64,000 bases of DNA, from assembly GCA_050253415.1 (NCBI GenBank), contig JBFWJC010000002.1, forward strand, positions 224,001 to 288,000, written 5' to 3'. Below the pieces are notes generated by a model. The model saw only the letters and a program-made list of their open reading frames with translations. It had not been told where the DNA came from and made no database searches. Made by a program: the position numbers and the translations under genes. This stretch comes from Pedobacter sp. (GTDB lineage: Bacteria; Desulfobacterota; Desulfuromonadia; Desulfuromonadales; Syntrophotaleaceae). This document shows positions 59,554 through 64,000 of the stretch, piece by piece (the first letter of the stretch is position 1; each line of letters starts with the position of its first letter).

Positions 59554-60597
59554 TTACTGTGCCGGGGTTTTCACCAGCGCAAGGCGGGCCTTTACAGGTA
59601 AATGATCCGAACCGCAGGACTCTTTCAAGGTTTCGGCGCTGACGGCGGAAAAGTCCCGGTTATAGAAAATATGGTCGATGCGCACCAGGGGCCAGGCCGG
59701 GAGGAATTCATCCCAGGCGTGTGCGTAGGCCGGATAGGAAAGACCGAACCCACGGCCGGCCTCCCAGTGGGCGTTGTGCAGATGCCGGGAGAGCATTTTA
59801 TAGGTCTGGCTTTTATCGGTTGTATTGAAATCCCCACCGAGGATGACCGGCCCTGGTGTGGTCAGTACATGTTCCTGCAGCAGGGTTGCCAACTGCCGGT
59901 GGCGGGCTTTCCAATTGCCGCGAAGAGGGTGCACATTGAACACGGTCACGGCGCCGGCGGGGGTGGCAACTTGCACCTTTTGCACTTTGGCCAACTTTCC
60001 ATCGGTCATCTGTTGCGTCACCGCATAGGGACTGATTACCGCCTGCAGCAGCCTTGGTGTATAGGCGACATGCCATTTCCCGGGGGCTCCGGTAGAGGAT
60101 TCTTCCAGAGCAAGAGTCAGTTCCTGTAACTGGTTCGGCATGATTTCCTGCAACAGCAGGATGTCAGGATGGTGTTCCCGGATAAGTTTCGCGGTTGGCA
60201 GCAGGGACTGGTTTTCCGACCAGACGTTAAAGCTCATGACTTCGAGGAATGCCAGCTTGCCAGGGGGCGGGGCATGACTGGGTAGAAACAGGGGCAGGTA
60301 GCTGAAGCCTATCGCAAGAGCCGGTGCGGCCAGTGCTATCGACAGCCAGATGCGTCGGAACAGGATTGCCGGTATCAGACCGGCCAGCAGGGAAAAAAGC
60401 ACCCATGGCAACAGGTAGCGGGTCAACCGCACCAGTAATAGTCTATCCCCCGTGGTCCAGGCCAGAACCAGGCAGGTGGATATCGTCAGGGCGAACACCC
60501 AGAGACTTGTCCAAAACCACATGCACAGGATCTGCATCGTCCATCGCAGAGTTCGGGACAGGGGCAAAGCAAACTTCTGAAAAATACTTGAAACCAT
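59554..60597 (-). CDS. Membrane-anchored endonuclease/exonuclease/phosphatase family protein
   Basis: N-terminal TMs, SFNV, LQE, GGDFN, RIDHI, SDHLP. Confidence 0.9.
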   Translation of the reverse strand: MVSSIFQKFALPLSRTLRWTMQILCMWFWTSLWVFALTISTCLVLAWTTGDRLLLVRLTRYLLPWVLFSLLAGLIPAILFRRIWLSIALAAPALAIGFSYLPLFLPSHAPPPGKLAFLEVMSFNVWSENQSLLPTAKLIREHHPDILLLQEIMPNQLQELTLALEESSTGAPGKWHVAYTPRLLQAVISPYAVTQQMTDGKLAKVQKVQVATPAGAVTVFNVHPLRGNWKARHRQLATLLQEHVLTTPGPVILGGDFNTTDKSQTYKMLSRHLHNAHWEAGRGFGLSYPAYAHAWDEFLPAWPLVRIDHIFYNRDFSAVSAETLKESCGSDHLPVKARLALVKTPAQ

Positions 60598-60693
60598 GGA
60601 GATCTCAGGGTCATAAAATGTTTATGGACTGGCAGGATGGGGCGAGGTACGAGCCCCATATTCTGCGCGCTATGGATGGATGCAACTCTCGCA

Positions 60694-61716
60694 TCACCCT
60701 TTGCCGGACATCCCGACCCCACCCACAATCTCACCGCAGTCCGGACATTTTCCGCCCGGCTTGATAGCGTTCTCGACGATGCTGAAGCCGAGGCGGCGGA
60801 TCAATATCCGGTCGCAGCCGGGGCAGGTGGTGTCGGTCTCTTCCGCCACGTTGCCCAGGTAGATGTGCCGCAAACCTGCCTCACGGCCGAGTTCTTCGGC
60901 CCAGTGCAACGTTGTAACCGGAGTGGGGGGCACGTGGTGCATGAGGTAATGAGGGAAAAAGCGGCTGATATGCCAGGGGGTGTCGGGTCCCAGTTCCCGG
61001 TATACGAATTCCACCAGTTCCTTGAGCTCTGTCGGGTCGTCGTTGAGGCCGGGGATGATCAAGGTGGTTACTTCCAGCCAGATACCCTGGGCCTTTATCT
61101 TTATGAGGCTGTCGAGTACCGGCTGCAGCCGGGCCCCGATATGACGGCGGTAGGTTTTGTCACGAAAAGCCTTGAGGTCGACGTTGGCGGCATCCAGCCA
61201 GGGGTGGGCGGTGTCAAGCATCTCGGGTGTCATGTAGCCGTTGGTGACGTAGATGTTGGCCAGTCCGGCGTCTCGGGCCAGGCGGGCGGTGTCGTGCGAG
61301 TATTCGAAAAAGATGGTCGGCTCGGTATAGGTGTAGGCGATAGAGCGGCAGCCGGCGAGTTGCGCCTCGGATACGATCTGCTCCGGAGTAGCCGGATAGC
61401 CGCTGATCAGATGCTGGTCGCGCGGCATCTGGGAAATTTCCGAGTTCTGGCACCATTCGCAGCGGAAGTTGCAACCCGGCGTGGCGATGGAATAGGACAG
61501 GGAGCCGGGGTGAAAGTGGAACAGCGGTTTTTTCTCGATCGGATCGACGGCCTGGCTGATGGTGCGGCCGTAGACCAGGGTGTAGAGTGTTCCCCCGCGG
61601 TTTTCCCGTACCTGGCAGAGCCCCTTATGTCCGTCGGCTATGGTGCAGCGGTGGGCGCACAGTCGGCAGCGAACCCGGCTGTCGGAAAGTTTGTCGTAGA
61701 GCATCGCTTCTTTCAT
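60694..61716 (-). CDS. amrS: AmmeMemoRadiSam system radical SAM enzyme
   Basis: DPIEKKPLFHF.PG, GCNFRCEWCQN, AYTYTEP, SRFFP. Confidence 0.9.
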   Translation of the reverse strand: MKEAMLYDKLSDSRVRCRLCAHRCTIADGHKGLCQVRENRGGTLYTLVYGRTISQAVDPIEKKPLFHFHPGSLSYSIATPGCNFRCEWCQNSEISQMPRDQHLISGYPATPEQIVSEAQLAGCRSIAYTYTEPTIFFEYSHDTARLARDAGLANIYVTNGYMTPEMLDTAHPWLDAANVDLKAFRDKTYRRHIGARLQPVLDSLIKIKAQGIWLEVTTLIIPGLNDDPTELKELVEFVYRELGPDTPWHISRFFPHYLMHHVPPTPVTTLHWAEELGREAGLRHIYLGNVAEETDTTCPGCDRILIRRLGFSIVENAIKPGGKCPDCGEIVGGVGMSGKG

Positions 61717-61880
61717 CGGTGGTCCTCCCTTTTTTATCGGATCAGATTTCCAGTTTATCAGCTCCTGCTGAATTTTCGGGATCGGATCGGGTAAAACTGT
61801 CGGTCGGACGGAGGAGTGGGTGAGGCCGGTTCTCCGGTGAACGCAGAGAACTCTGGATAAACACCTTGAACCCCAATACA

Positions 61881-61964
61881 AACAAGGATGGTTCGGATAT
61901 TCAGGATAAATGCCCGAGATCCGAAACTTTGACTTTCATCCTGAGTATCCTGTATATCCTTGTT
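61881..61964. repeat. AACAAGGAT...ATCCTTGTT hairpin (same family as 26083/26252/30437)
   Basis: Three GGAT-containing units mirrored by three ATCC units. Confidence 0.75.
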
Positions 61965-62068
61965 AATTTTTGTCCTTGTCTTGATTGACGTACTATGGAA
62001 CCTATTGCAAAGAGCCAAAACCTGCTACTTTATGGTATACGTTTGTTACGCAGATACAGGAGAAAACC

Positions 62069-62518
62069 ATGCAACCGAAAGCCAGAGCCATCATCATCGA
62101 TGATGATGCCTCGTGTAGGGCCTTGTTGGAAGTGCTGCTTAAACAAAGAGGCTACGAAGTAATCAGCCTTTCCGACCCGACGGCCTGCCCACTCTATGCC
62201 AACTCGCAATGCACCTGCCCTCAGGATCACGCCTGCGGTGACTTTTTACTGACCGACAACCGGATGCCGCGCATGACCGGTATAGAGTTTGTGGAGCGCC
62301 AGTCGCAAAGGGGCTGCAAAGGGATCGTCAGCAATAAGGCAATTCTGTCCGGAACCTGGGATGATGAGGAATTGGCCCATGCCGAGCGGCTCGGTTGCCA
62401 GGTGTTCGACAAACCCTATAATTTCACAGAAATCATGGACTGGCTGGATGAGCGGGAAAAGCAGATCCTGCCGGGGCGCAAACTGGTGGTTTTCGACAGT
62501 GACCATTACGCTCACTGA
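62069..62518 (+). CDS. Single-domain response regulator with Cys-rich insert
   Basis: IIDDD, LLTDNRMP.MTG, FDKP; insert CPLYANSQCTCPQDHAC. Confidence 0.85.
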   Translation: MQPKARAIIIDDDASCRALLEVLLKQRGYEVISLSDPTACPLYANSQCTCPQDHACGDFLLTDNRMPRMTGIEFVERQSQRGCKGIVSNKAILSGTWDDEELAHAERLGCQVFDKPYNFTEIMDWLDEREKQILPGRKLVVFDSDHYAH

Positions 62519-62579
62519 GCCAGAATCCTATAGGTTTTTGGCTGATTCATAAACACAAACAACGACGCAGGAGTCTCCG

Positions 62580-63398
62580 ATGGCGCAAACGGTATCCGTG
62601 GAAATCTTCATTATCGGTAATGAAATCCTCAATGGCGAAATCCAGGATACCAATACCCACTGGTTATGCCGGGAAATCACCCAACTTGGTGGCAAGGTGG
62701 TGCGTGGTACGGTCCTTGGCGACGATCTTGACGTCGTGACCGCGGCCCTGCAGGCGGCACTGGCGCGGCACACGCGGGTGATCGTGACAGCCGGCGGCCT
62801 CGGTCCGACGGCCGACGATCTGACCCTGGCGGCGGTGGCCAAGGGGGCCGGGGTGCCGCTGCGGCTGCATGAGCAGGCACGGCAGATGATCCGGCAGAGC
62901 TACGATAGGCTTCATGAGCGGGGCGTGCTGGAGGTCGGGGGGCTGACCCCGGCGCGGGAAAAGATGGCGTGGCTGCCCGAGGGTGCCCGCACCCTGGTGA
63001 ATCCGGTCGGTACCGCGCCCGGCGTGCTGCTGCAGGTCGGCGAGACGACCATCATCAGCCTGCCCGGGGTGCCGCCGGAACTGAAGGGGATTTTCAGCAG
63101 TTCCATGCAGCCGTTTTTACACGAAACCTTTGAGGGCGGGCTCTCCGTTCTGCATACCTTGACGGTGCAATGCAACGACGAATCGCTGCTCGAGCCGGTG
63201 CTCAGTCGTGTGGTGCCGGCGCATCCCGACGTGTACATCAAATCGCTGGCTACCCGGCCGGGTGAGATGGCCGAGCTGGATATCTTTGTCACCGCCACCG
63301 GATCCGATCTGGCTACGGTGCAGGCGCTCATCGATGCGGCTGTTAGCGATCTCAAGCTGGGGATTACCGGTTTGGGCTTTTCCCTTCAGGACAAATAA
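62580..63398 (+). CDS. CinA-like molybdopterin-binding domain protein (no PncC domain)
   Basis: IGNEILNG..QDTN, GGLGPTADD, NPVGTAPG, LPGVP.E. Confidence 0.88.
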   Translation: MAQTVSVEIFIIGNEILNGEIQDTNTHWLCREITQLGGKVVRGTVLGDDLDVVTAALQAALARHTRVIVTAGGLGPTADDLTLAAVAKGAGVPLRLHEQARQMIRQSYDRLHERGVLEVGGLTPAREKMAWLPEGARTLVNPVGTAPGVLLQVGETTIISLPGVPPELKGIFSSSMQPFLHETFEGGLSVLHTLTVQCNDESLLEPVLSRVVPAHPDVYIKSLATRPGEMAELDIFVTATGSDLATVQALIDAAVSDLKLGITGLGFSLQDK

Positions 63399-63582
63399 AC
63401 GCCTTAGATGGGGTAACTTCTGCCGCTGCGGCTATTTTTCCGCAGCCGCGGAATCCATTCCGCCATCGCTGTTTTTTCCAGCCACTCCTTTCTAATCCTT
63501 GTTAAGCATTCTCTTTTTCGCAAGGGGATAATGCCCGGCAGCTTGCCTTCCTGTACAATGAATGGATAAAGGAGGTGACGCC

Positions 63583-64000
63583 ATGATCCCCAAACGTGTA
63601 CTCGGTAAAACCGGCGCGGAAGTGACCTGCATGGGCCTGGGCGGCGAGGGTGTGTTGCGCAGTTTCGGTCGCGCGAAGGAAGCCAGGGATCTGATAGCGC
63701 GGGCCCTCGATCGGGGCATCACCTACATGGAATCGGCACGGGCTTATTCCGGCAGCGAGGCTTATTACGGACAGGCGTTAGGCGAGCGGCGCAAGGAGAT
63801 CTTTCTGGCCAGCAAGGCCCATGACCGGACCGCCGGCGGAGCCTGGACGCAGCTGCATGAAACCCTGGAAAACATGCGTACCGAGTGGCTCGATCTTTGG
63901 CAGGTGCACGATGTGCGCACGCAACGGGATCTGGAGGATATCTTCGGCCCGGGTGGGGCCATCGAGGCTTTTGAGCGGGCCAAGCGCGAGGGCAAGGTGC
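63583..64000 (+). CDS. Aldo/keto reductase, N-terminal part (runs off the 3' edge)
   Basis: AAGGAGG RBS; MIPKRVLGKTG...GLGGEG...YSGSE...IFLASK...LDLWQVH. Confidence 0.88.
   Translation, partial: MIPKRVLGKTGAEVTCMGLGGEGVLRSFGRAKEARDLIARALDRGITYMESARAYSGSEAYYGQALGERRKEIFLASKAHDRTAGGAWTQLHETLENMRTEWLDLWQVHDVRTQRDLEDIFGPGGAIEAFERAKREGKV

Overview
GC-rich chromosomal window, inferred to be from a Desulfuromonadales-type anaerobe (Syntrophotalea/Pelobacter/Desulfuromonas-like). In order it contains: an exported rhodanese plus split YeeE/YedE sulfur-transport operon; a beta-oxidation operon; a sigma54-controlled alcohol/aldehyde/short-chain-acid cluster (PAS kinase, AOR, buk, satP, acylating ALDH, CoA-transferase, pta, NtrC-type activator, Fe-ADH, OM barrel); accessory genes separated by several hairpin repeat families; an AT-rich island (~38.8-46.0 kb); two small transposase-free insertions marked by direct repeats (pduL inside a split gene; vWA-MoxR-DAC-presenilin-like genes at the 3' end of putP); and housekeeping genes. 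The main candidate for an undescribed system is the AT-rich island: TIR - Nmad2 - frameshifted TIR - TIR/SLOG, then a dTMP-kinase::5-hmdU-DNA-kinase (aGPT-Pplase1) fusion and a radical SAM/SPASM enzyme. This places Thoeris-like signalling beside phage-type DNA base hypermodification enzymes, with no local hydroxymethylase. No rRNA, tRNA, CRISPR array, integrase or intact transposase was seen. All family calls are from motif recognition by eye, not database searches.
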